A DNA stretch of 64,000 bases, taken from positions 38,353,626 to 38,417,625 of the forward strand of contig CM074516.1 in the NCBI GenBank assembly GCA_037379345.1. The letters are read 5' to 3'. The notes below the pieces were generated by a model. That model was not told where the DNA came from. It was given only the letters and a program-made list of their open reading frames with translations, and searched no databases. The DNA comes from Perna viridis. Lineage: Eukaryota. The position numbers were made by a program, and so were the translations under genes. Below, piece by piece: positions 52,501 to 64,000 of the stretch (position 1 is its first letter; every line of letters begins with the position of its first letter).

Positions 52501-55500
52501 AAAATTATTGATTGTTTTAGTATTTTTTAGTAAACATATTTTATCCCCCACAGTTGGTATTGAGTTTGCTTTGTCTTTCACTTGATACCCATGATGCTTA
52601 ATTATGGCAAGTCACCGATGAATCTTACAACCTCCCATTACATTGGTCAAAAGTGATGACAACCATGAAATTCAAGGCTCCAGAGGGGGCATTTGTGTCT
52701 AGAATATTATCAATCAGTAACATCTTTTGACTTTCACATATATTGATTTACTTGTTGAACCTTTTAAAAAATTTATTAGAAAACAAAACTATCACAGTTC
52801 ACCTAACATCTAAATCAGATTTTGTATATACTTTAGACTAACAAAGCAAGAAAATGTGTCAGCTGTCTTTTTTATGATGCAGTCAGTATTGAGTTTGCTT
52901 TGACATCACATGATACCAATGATGCTTATCCATGACAACATAACTGATTGAACTTACAACCTCGCATTTCATTGGACAAAAGTGATAGCAACCGTGAAAT
53001 TTATGGCTCCATTAGGGGCATTGGTGTTCGGAATTATGAATAATCTTTTATGTATTGAAAAATTAGAAAATAGCTTACTGAATTAGAAAATGTAGCACAG
53101 TGTTCACACAATTCACCAAATAAATTTGGAATGAACAAAACGAGAAACTGCATCAGCTATCTTTTTTACTTTAAAAATAGTACTTGTTTAATTTCTAGTC
53201 TTTTTTTCTCTAGCTATATTGTAATTTTTATGGTAAAGCAAATGTATAACTGTGGTAGTTTGTCATAGATAGACAACATAATGATAATAAGGTTTTTTTT
53301 CTATGGATTCTCAAATTTAAGGTTTTAAGTTTAAGTTTAAAAATAAAAGAAAAATATATGAAATCCAAAAAGATGTATATGAAAAGGGATATTGTATCCT
53401 GTAAAGTTTACTAATTATTTTATGTTTTAAATTTTTGATTTTTTTTTCATGTAGAGTGAGTATGTATCAGAGTACGACAAGAGGAGACAATTCATTTCTG
53501 GATTCTCTGGATCTCAAGGTAATTATAATACACCAACTCTCAAGGCTTCAATAGTGATATCCCCTCACCTAAAAGTTGTGAAGGAGAAAAAGGATCCTAC
53601 CATTAATCTATGGTCCTTCCTGTGAACATAAAACCAACACACTTCTGTTTATTTTAAACATAGTTTTAGCCTTTGTCTTAATGAGGGACGGTGCTACTTG
53701 TGCTGAAAATGATTTTGATGTGTTGTTGGGGGTGATGTTCACCAATTGGGAATATGTGAAACTTCCAAGAACATTCACTCTGTACCTGCAATTAAAGTTC
53801 AAACAATTACTTCTCAATTACATACATCATTTCTGACAGAATGATTTTACACCATTCATGTTTCAGATCCTGTACATGAGGCTCCATTCCCAGTGATATT
53901 GTTGGCCTTTTTTAAAACTACCCTATCCTGTTTTAATTTGGAAATAATATTTAATTTTATAAAATAGGGAAATTTTGAATTACTACAAAACCTTGAATTT
54001 GTAGTTGTTAAAATGATTAATTTTATAGAGGATGTACAAGTTAAAAAAATTCAATCAGTGTAATTTTGGACAGTAACCCCATATCTTATGGTTAGACTAC
54101 CAATTGGGAAATGGTTCATCTTACTTGAGATTATTTATAGCCATTTTTTGACAAATTGGGAATCTTACATCAGGGGAAAGAGCCTTATTTTGAAGGTAAT
54201 TTAAGACAAACAATATCACTGATCCCTATTATACTAAGTCACAGGGTCATATTTTTTATACCAATTAAGCAATTGTCACAATTTGTATGATAACCATACA
54301 TTTTGTAGCTGTTGCAGTTGTACTTGAGAACAAGGCAGCTCTATGGACAGATGGGAGGTACTTCTTACAGGCTGAAGATCAGATGGACTGTAACTGGATA
54401 CTTATGAAGGGCAGAGATGGTAAACTTAAGAAATAATTCAATGAGATTCAAATTTATATTTTGTTTTATCACATTCTAGCCACTTTTTCTAGACTGTTTT
54501 TAATAAGACATTTACATCTCATGATAAATCAATGATTACGCACACTAACCACAAATTAAATTTCACCTGCTAAACAAGAAGCACCTATTGGCCAAAATTT
54601 TATATTACAGGTGAAAGAAAGTTTAAAATTATTGCAGAACTACTATATACTAACTTATTCATCAAATTCATCGTCATGAAGTTTGCCAGCCTTCTGCTAC
54701 CATGGATTATATAACTTTTGTTGTCGGGGCCTTTCAGAGCTTACTTAAAGGTATCTTTTTACACTTGTTGAAGACGTTTTGTTGATCTCTGAAAGTTATG
54801 TTACTGTTTTGGATTTAGATTATATGCTGGTGCATTTGTTGCAATTTACCATATCTGTTCTTTTTCAATGTGATAAAAAATTTAGTTGTATGAAAGCAAA
54901 ATATACTGGTATGTTCCATAGATTAATGTTGATAGCATTTATGGAAAAATACTTGTTGTTTTTACTCACATTGATGGCCCAGGTATTGTACTTAGATATT
55001 ATTTTTATGTCTTATCTATTTCCTAACTTTTGATACCTATACAGCGCGGTATGATATTCCTATTCTTAAATTATATAAGAAAATTGAATATTTGATATCC
55101 AGTGGTCCTTTTCACTAAAAATCGTAAGAGTAAAATTAATCGTAAGTTATGACGTCATTGTAAATAAAAGTATTGTGACGTCATAACTTACGACTAATTT
55201 TACACTTACTATTTTTTGTGAAAAGGACCACAGAATGGTTTGATACCATATCTGCTTAGGTCAGACCATATGGATATTTCTGCAATAGGTACAAGTACTA
55301 CACCAACTATTACCGAATGGTTGATAGCCAACTTAGAGGGCCAGTCAGCTGCCATTGGTGTGAATCCATTCCTGATGAGCAGTGGTAAGGTTAAAAATGA
55401 GTCAGTATTACATTAACAACTGAATCTAGTTTATTTGATATTGAATATTCAAGTTTTTACATTAACTTACTTTCTATAGGTTTTTCTATAGGATATGAGC

Positions 55501-58500
55501 ATTCTCCATAGTTATAACCACAAAAAAGTCTAGCTTGATAATTTTCCTTGTGTGTGGATAAATTTTCTGTGTTTTTGAAAATTAGAGGAATGGTTGAGAA
55601 AAGATAAAGAACTTAAGACCCACAACCTGAAGTTAGCCAGAATAGTGGATGATTTAATTGATAAGATCTGGACCACAGGTAGACCTCCAATACCTAACTC
55701 AGATATACATTCCATGAAATACAATCTTACAGGTTAGTATCAGTTTGCCACTGAAAAATCTTTATTTTTTTCCAAGGAGTCAATGTTAAGTTTTCTTTGA
55801 CACCATGATGCCAATGATGCTTAACTATAGCAACATTACAGAAGGAGTTTACAACCTCCCATTCTTTGGTCAATAGAAATTTTTCAATAGAATCTTAGAA
55901 TGAGGTTTTTGGCAGAGTTATCTGCCCTTGAAAGGTTCATTTTCAGTGCGTTCAATCAATGGTCCAGCATGATATGGAAAATCTTGTCTGTTCTTCTTGA
56001 TTCTGATGGTGCAAATAATTACACTATCAAAATGATGTTTTTTTTCATACCACAGTGTGGGAAACCACCGCTCGCCAGCTCGCCAAATAAGGTGTTTAAT
56101 TTGGCGAGATCTCATTAGCTTACACTCACCTATTTGGCAACCGTCATTTGATTGGCGAGTTCCAAGGAAAGTTAACCAGCCAACCGGTTATTCAGTTAAA
56201 CATCCCTAAACATCATACATTAAAAATATGTTCCCTACATTTTATGATTAGCTTGAATATGTCAAGTGAATTTTGGCATGATATGCACAATGTTATTGAC
56301 TTGTAAAGCATTGTTTACAATCTGCCATTTTAATTTCTGGTAAACGGGATGTGCCAAAACCTACACGATGGTCCCAATCTTGTATTAGTAGTCAAATGAA
56401 ATTATCTTGGTAAATTATGATATGTTACCTTGCAAAGTAGTTGTTTATTGTCAAAATAAAAATGAACAAGAAGGAAATGATAAACATTTTCTTGTTTCAT
56501 GATGAATCTGTTGAAATATAATTTTATTTTTTAAAAATATTTACTTATTTTGTTACTGTAAAGTACACGAAAAATACAATGGGAGGGAATAGTCGAAAAT
56601 GGAAAAGTTTTTGATAAATTTAAAAAAAAATGAAAAGATTGTTGAAGAAAGAAAAAGAGAGGCAGAAGATAGTCAAATCCAAGAGAAAACAGATGATAGT
56701 ACAGACAAAAAACCCTAAAAAAAATTGGATAGATGAATTTCTATTTGCCTAATTTGGCTAGCAAGATCAATATTCCACTAGCCAGAATAGCAAGTTGGGG
56801 AAAAAATGGTTTCTCACACTGTACCATGTTTCACCAACTGTGTAGATTATTTCAGGTACTGACACTTAAAACAGTTGTAGTTATTTTGTAATATTACTCT
56901 CAGCACTTTACTAAGAAACAAGGGTTCAAATGATTCTTTGATGATTTTTTGAGTACATAAAGGTAATTCATGTATCCAATATGTAATTTTTTTTATCATT
57001 TCAGGAAAGTTTTGGTGGGACAAAGTGGTTGATTTACAGACAGAACTTGGAGAAAAGAATGTAGATGCTCTAATTGTTACAAGTCTGGATGAGGTGGCTT
57101 GTAAGTCTTTTCTATTGTAGATACATTCTATATATATGATCAAACAGTTTGGCTGGTCAAGACTTCAGTTTTCAACTTTTCAGTTTATTTTATAACAGCA
57201 GCTTTTTCTGACTCTGGGGTTGTAAGATTTGGGTGTTCTACTGATGAGGTCTTTGAGTTTGTATACTGCTTGTTTCTGTGTGTACGTGTTTGATTCTTGT
57301 GTGACTTTTAGTCTGTTTTCTGTTTGTCACTTTGGTGTTCCTGGCTTTGTTTCTCACAGATTACCCATTTTTTCACTTCTTAGTACACCATAGAAATGTA
57401 CAGGACTGAAAAATAAACTCATGAAATTGAACTTGTATAAATACATATACCATTGAAAAAAACGTTTTCCAATTGGTTTGGCAAATGAATGGCATTATGT
57501 ATTATAAACCATTTGGGAAAAAACCTACTTAGATGTGGTTTTATGTACAATTATCACCCATTTCAATACCAGTCCTAAAGATCTGTTAAAAAAAAAACAA
57601 TGTTGGAATTTTCCTGCATATTTCAATCGGGTTTAACAATTTTTCAAAACTATTCTTCTAACACTACTTGACCAATTTGAACCAAATTTTGTATGAATGT
57701 TCTGCAAAGAACTAATGTGAGGATCTGTCGAAAAAGATTGCCACTGTTACTAAAAATAGAAGATAGGGGTCAGACAGAAGTTTTTCGCATATATCTACAA
57801 AACTGTTAGGTTCAGCAAAATTATGACAAATTAAAAATGTTCAGCTGGATGAGACCTTTTTATGGTTAAATTTTCATGTAATTCTGTGAAGCCATATTGG
57901 GAGTTACATCCCCTTTTCAACGGTTTTTCACTATTTTTAATGTTATTTCTTTCAAAAATCTTCTTCTTTGACACTACCTGACCAATTAGAACCAAACTTA
58001 GATTCTTAGGATCATCTGCATAGAACTGATGTGAGAATTTTGATCCATCAAATTTACAATTAAAATGAAAAAAAATAGCTATTTATAAGCATGAAAAAAT
58101 ATTTGAAATAAAATACAGACAGCAGCACAGAGATGTTAGGAGATGGTACAACTGTCACTCTATTGAGGATGAAGCTTCATAATAGTAGTCTTTACATATT
58201 TTAAAAACATATGACCATTGAATCACCAGTTTGATTTCAGTAGGACAGAAAAACATTGAAAATTTTTTTTTTGCATTTATGCAGGATATCAATCTAGAAA
58301 TCTTTGTTACTGAACTGGTCACCTATTGAAAATGGGTTACAGGCTGAGCTTATGTTGTAGAAAAAAAAATTGGTATGTAGGACCCAACATGATTTGACCA
58401 GTAGTATTCAATTTAAGTTCATATGATCTAGTTACATGTAATTTGCATTTTGATACTTTAGAAAATAAACAAAACTTATCATAAACAAACCTACTTCTTT

Positions 58501-61500
58501 CATTTTAAAAGTGCTGTAGCTTTTATACAGAATATACTGGCTTATGGCTGCAGCCTATTACAGACTAGTGCCTCATATTAGCAAGCTGAGATATGATGAC
58601 TGATTACACATTTTTATTTCAGGGTTGACCAACTGTAGAGGATCAGACATACCATACAACCCAGTATTCATTTCCTATGTAATACTCAATAGAAAAACTA
58701 ATACCACTAAGTATGTCTTGTATACTCTATATGTGGTTGAAACTGATGGATTGATAGGGATTGAATAAAACTTAGTATTCAGCAAATTAAATTTCTGCCA
58801 AGCACTTACTTTATAAATCATTAGGAAGATTTAAAGAAGCAGAATTTTACCTCATGTGAAAAATTGCTGTGTCAAAACCAGTTCTTTCTAAATGAGAGAT
58901 TTCATATCATGCTGTGTCAGGGAATCTAGTACTTGTAGAAGAATAATTCTAATAAAACGTTTGTTATGATAATGAAAGTCATTGGAAAGTTTCAGGGTAT
59001 CAGTTCAATGATTTACTGCCTCATTTTTTTTACTATGTGCATACATTACTTTTAGTTTGAAGTGAATTTTTCGTAGATAAATTTGACAGTTTCATTAGAA
59101 TAATGATAACTAATGTATTTGAAGACTGCCAGTAAACTCAGTTTGTGGCTATAAAATTTACATTGATACATCAAAATCCTCAGATACAATACAGATATCT
59201 AATTACTCTCAAATCTTAAATGTTGCCATGATAAAATGTGAAGAATTTATAGTTTTCACCCCTTTTCACATTCTATTATGTTCTTTTTTCATTTAGGCTG
59301 TCATGTTTGTGGGTCTTGTGCAATTTTGTCAATGATTCCAACGGGGTTAAATAGGGGGTTAAATGGGGTTCAATCAGCGTGTATCTAGCAAGGCTTAAAA
59401 ATTGTAATTTACTGCTATTGTTATTTTTGTAAAGGTGTTATCTTTTGTTTTATCTCTAATTATTTTATTTAAATATAACTAACAGATGGATATAAACATA
59501 AAAAATACAAAGATGATAATGAAAGACTACTATCACAATAACTTTTTAAAGTTTTTATTGTCTTACCATTAATTTTCCAACATAACTGTTGGTCAGATCA
59601 TTGTGGATATATTCTTTTTCGTAGATTGTACATACGAGATAAAGAAAGGAAGTTGAACTCACCACGTGACCCAGAAATATCTGAATATGACCTTTATGAA
59701 CATTTAAACACTGGTTATGATGATTGCTCTAAAAGTCCGTATGTTAATTGGTGTATGGAGGTAAATTTTTTTTTCAAAAACTATTCAAAGTTGCAATATA
59801 ATATTATTCTCCTTTGATTTTCTCTTCTGTCTATGGATCTAAATTGTTTTAAATGCAATGGAATAAGAATTGTCTTACTCTGGGAAAGCACTTATTTAGC
59901 TCTTATCTCAGTCTTTGCACACATACACGTGGTCCTCTGTGAATGGCTGTTCATGTTAATGTTATTTTCTATCTAGATACTGCACACAAATTTCTTGATT
60001 ATACCTCTCACAAGCACCTAGATACTTTGTACAACCATCTAGATACTGCTAGAATTTTATTGTATATACTTACTGATGTGAGGTACCAAGATAGTTGTGA
60101 CAATTATCTAGGCATTATTGAGAATTACCTAGATAATTAAGGCATAAGTATGTAGGTGCTTCTGAGAAGTTTCTAGATAATTAAGACAAGTATCTATATG
60201 CATGTAAGAAGTATCTACTAGAAATTCTAATAGGACGTGTTTTAGAGCTGTTTAGACAACAGCCGTGGTAAAAAAGTGATAAATTTTACCCAAATTTACA
60301 GGCATCGCAATAGAATTTGACTCCAAAGCAGTCACCATTTTGTGCAACACATAGACTGTTTATATTAAAAACGTGAAGAAACTAGTCCTATTATGACCTG
60401 AATAAATCACAGAAACTCCATTTTATCATTGTTCTACCACAGGCTGACCATTTATGTTGTTATTTAATGCAAAAGAAATTGCCAGCCAGTGGTAAAACAA
60501 TTGTAAATGGAGTTTCCATGATTTGTTTCTTCAAATAAGTCTAGGTGAACAGCCACTCATAGTCTCTTCCAGATGGTTGCAAGATTCGTTTTGCTTGGAA
60601 AAAAAGAAATGTTTCAGTACGTCAATATGATGGTGGATTTACAATGATCTGGTATTTCTATTCTAGTGCCTTTCTGCAGTTTATAACTTTACCACTTTAC
60701 CAGGGATAAATTCAGTTCTATTTATAGGTACATGACTATGATGCAATACTGGATGGTGTGAGAGAACTGAATGCAACAGCTAACAGGATCTGGATATCTT
60801 ATGGATGTAGTTATGCTATATATGGCCTGATTGATAAGGTAGGAATTTTTATGAATTCAAGGAAAAAGTTATTAACTGTCTTAATCTTTAGCTCATTAAC
60901 ATATAAAAATCCATTATTGAAAAGTTCATTGCTTGTCTAATGTTCTACCATATTTTTTTGTAGGATAAAATCTACCAAGCGAATTCTCCTATTGCTATGA
61001 GGAAGTCTGTTAAAAACCCCGTGGAACAAATTGGCCTTAGAAATTCACATGTAAGTTTTGTTTGTTGGTTTTAAACTAGTCCTCTAGATATTTAAGCAAT
61101 TATTATTTTATCCACAAGCTTTAATATTTCTTTTTTTGTTTTGGTCATTTGCCCATCGTTATCTCCCCCTTTAAAGGGGAGTTATATAGTAATCCTAGTG
61201 TCCATCTTTTTGTCTGTCCGTCACCCGTTCTAATCCACAGCTCCTCTGAAACCACTGAACAGAATTTTATGAGACTTTCACAGATATTTTATGGCATGAT
61301 GCCATCTTGCACCTCCTGTTTGGTGTTTCCATCCGAATGCTTAAATCACTCATGGGGTATCCTATATGGTATCTAGGGAGGAAAGCAGAGGTATCACCAA
61401 ATGAGCTATGTTCACAGATTTCCTAGTTTACTACAGTTTACCACTGTCCATCTCCATCCGTTCACACATTATGTGGTAACTGAAAAATACTTCAAGTAAA

Positions 61501-63745
61501 TTTAATGAATTCTGGCACAATATTTGTCTCGCTCAAGAGGAGATTTTCTTTGTTTTCCAATTTGTCTTTGAAGTGTCAAATGACTTTCAATGCCAAAAAA
61601 AGGGGATAGATTGATCTCATGCTTTAGTGCATGCAGCTATTTATTTCAGTAAGAATGGAGAGATATGTCCCTTCGTTAACACTTAGATACAGTTATGATC
61701 CAGTTACTAATGACTGAATGAATAAATTACAACAAATCGACAAAAGATATAAATACAGGAGAAAAAAAACAGAAAATTAATTATCAAATTAAGGTAATAA
61801 CAATCTATATCAGCTGATGGTTAATTTTTGGCTGATTGATTGATTATTGTTTAATTCCGATGACAAATATATTGTGCATTTCATTGACTAATCGAACATG
61901 CCCTACTTTGTATATGCTGAGCTTGATTTTCATTGTTCTAGCTCACAAAAGCAACAGGTAGGCATGCCAACCCACTTAGTCACAATATTATGACTGAGGC
62001 AACCAGTCGTTGCTCTCTCCTTAAAAATTGAATGCTTGTCAGAGAAGCAGTGACTACCATTTTTAAAGTCTTCGGTGTGACTCGGCTGGAAATTGAACCC
62101 ATGACCTCCCACACTCAGGGCAAGCACATTACCCTCTGACCTCTAATTTTATTCTTGTTTTAGATAAGGGATGCAGTGGCACTAATCAAGTTCATGGCTA
62201 TGCTAGAGAAAGAGGTTAGTATTAAACAAAAAAATGTCTTGTATGTGTTTTGTATTTTGTTTTCAAATAAAGTGAGTATACAATTTTTGACTGGAATGTC
62301 ATATGAATTCAAGGTGAAAATGTTATTTTTGTAATAAAGCAATACAATACTGAATATACAAATTATACTGGTACATGTCTAAACAGGAACTTATTTTTTG
62401 GCCAAAATGTTGAGTACTATAACTGATAATAAAGAATGCATAAGTCTGTTTTATTTTTCATTCTGATTGTTAAGAATTAAAGATCTTTTGGTTGAAGATT
62501 TCAATGTGGTTCTTTGATCCAGTGAAACACAGATTGTTACCACACCTGAAAAGCGTAGGGACATTTTTAGCTATCAATAAAAGCAGTAACTGCTCTATTT
62601 CAGGTCCAAGATGGTGAATACTGGACGGAGATATCAGCTGCCACAGAACTTGAAAAATACAGAAGGTACATTGCCACTTTGAAAGACATTGATTATTTGG
62701 GAATTTTCGCCCTAATGTGTGAGAATTCTTCAATTTCCCGTTATATAAGTCTACCTCAACCCTCATAAACTAGATTTTACAATTATATATTTTGGGGTTT
62801 GTTTTTTTTTTTCATGAACTATGCTTGTAAAAGGCAACTTAAGCCATGCCAGTATCAACACACTATGAAAACATTGTCATCCCTTTAAATTTAAATGAAA
62901 TGGCAAAAAGTTTGTTCATAAGTTTCTGAATCAAATTTACCAGAGATAAGTTATGTCATTCATCTAAGACCAGAAATAGTAAATAAATTGGATTTTGATC
63001 TCCCAAACTGGAGGATGAGAAAAACTCGTGTTACAAATTCTAGGTAAGAGATTCATATATCTATATGTCTCCTGATATGCAATAGAAGACTTTAAGACAA
63101 TCTTAAACAATGGTTATCCTACAAACATTGAGATCATCTGTTTATGGTCTATTTTGTAGGGAACAGAAGTTTAACAGAGGACTTAGTTTTGAGACAATCT
63201 CTAGCAGTGGTTACCATGCGGCCATTATACACTATATGCCTTCAAACAAAACTGACAAGCAGATTACAGCTAATGAAATATACTTACTGGATTCTGGTGG
63301 TCAGTACATGTGAGTTAATTTATTTCCCAGATTCTGGGTTGCCAATACATGCAAGTTTTTAGTTGTGTATGCATAACTGTTTACCCTTCCACATGAAGAG
63401 AAAGACTGCCCCATAATCAGTGTAAAGTTAGGAATCTCCCACATGTCAATATTTACTTTGTGGAAAACAATATAAATATTGCCTATTTTTTATTTATATA
63501 TAACTATCAGTTTCTGAACCTTGATGCAACTCATTTGCATAAAATTTGCACAAGTTTGCAAATAATTGAAATCTAGACATGTTTTCCAAACATTAAAGAA
63601 TGGTAAGGGTTAAAATATGACTGGTTTTATGTTGTAAAAACAAAGAACAACAAATAAGAGTAAACTATTATTGTTTCTGTACAGAGATGGTACAACAGAT
63701 GTTACAAGGACATTCCATTTTGGAACACCTACTGATTTTGAAAAG
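46551..63745 (+). CDS. XPNPEP2: Xaa-Pro aminopeptidase XPNPEP2-like, tandem copy 2; exons 1-16, continuing beyond the window
   Basis: Exons 46551-46590, 49593-49681, 50164-50274, 53455-53518, 54309-54419, 55289-55384, 55586-55732, 57005-57100, 58623-58710, 59625-59760, 60728-60838, 60964-61050, 62164-62214, 62604-62665, 63160-63309, 63685-63745. Intron phases are identical to copy 1 and nearly all exon lengths match. N-terminus [22 protein letters not shown]; [17 protein letters not shown] intact. Confidence 0.92.
47499..47717. mobile_element. MITE with CAGGGGCGGAT TIRs
   Basis: caggggcggatccagg ... cctgaatccgcccctg. Confidence 0.75.
52550..53030. repeat. Two copies of a ~150-bp interspersed repeat (third fragment ~55780-55875)
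   Basis: gtattgagtttgcttt...tgatacc.atgatgctta...cttacaacctc...caacc.tgaaatt...ggctcca at ~52557 and ~52886. Confidence 0.6.
55100..55233. mobile_element. Palindromic foldback MITE
   Basis: gtggtccttttcac...cgtaagttatgacgtca mirrored by tgacgtcataacttacg...gtgaaaaggaccac. Confidence 0.8.
56053..56821 (+). mobile_element. Non-autonomous DNA transposon with CAG termini and 5-bp TSD (hAT5-like)
   Basis: TIR cagtgtgggaaacca / tggtttctcacactg; TSD tacca on both sides; subterminal ttggcga/ctcgcca repeats. Confidence 0.8.
57625..58050 (+). mobile_element. Internal fragment of the HINE-like family
   Basis: accaatttgaaccaaa, ttactaaaaatagaa, ggggtcagacagaagttt units as in 34161-35829. Confidence 0.65.
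61832..62142 (-). mobile_element. tRNA-derived SINE (V-SINE-like)
   Basis: Minus strand: A-box-like ggtcagagggt, B-box-like gggttcaattt, then gactttaaaaatggtagtcactgcttctc...agagcaacgactggttg core and (aatc)n tail. Confidence 0.7.
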
Positions 63746-64000
63746 GTACAGTTCTTATTTCTTACAAATAAGATGAAAAATAATGAGATAATTCATCCGT
63801 TATTGTACTTTTTACAAATAATTCAATGAAGAACCTGATTTATAGTTTAAATATTGCTTAGATATGAATTTGTTTGTTTATATCAAATTCAAATTAATAC
63901 TATATACTTTTTTTTCAGAACACTTTGTCAAGGTTTATGTTGACAGCCTAGGTAATAAGCAGTCATGTTTATTTAAATCATATGTTAATTCTCATCATGT

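Overview
AT-rich, intron-rich animal genomic DNA, most likely a bivalve mollusc (inferred from the repeat families). Three spliced + strand genes were reconstructed by hand. (1) The last four coding exons of a La/LARP7-family RNA-binding protein (C-terminal RRM2/xRRM; stop at 2081-2083). (2) A complete 22-exon, 709-aa Xaa-Pro aminopeptidase (XPNPEP2-like; signal peptide, GPI-type tail, intact metal ligands; 7810-33312). (3) A tandem paralogue with the same exon structure, whose exons 1-16 (46551-63745) run off the window. Introns and intergenic DNA carry Helentron-derived (HINE-like) elements, SINEs, MITEs, Penelope-like and LINE RT fragments and a probable Polinton/Maverick end. Most entries in the ORF track are spurious. 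Most notable observations: a ~385-nt hairpin-dense RNA candidate bracketed by box C/D motifs that interrupts a Helentron-type element; a 250-bp near-perfect foldback just 3' of the La-like gene; and repeated tandem amplification of exon-end plus splice-donor units in the aminopeptidase introns. The last includes ~20 copies of the catalytic HGTGHG..NVHEG junction and a resulting in-frame 27-nt candidate micro-exon.
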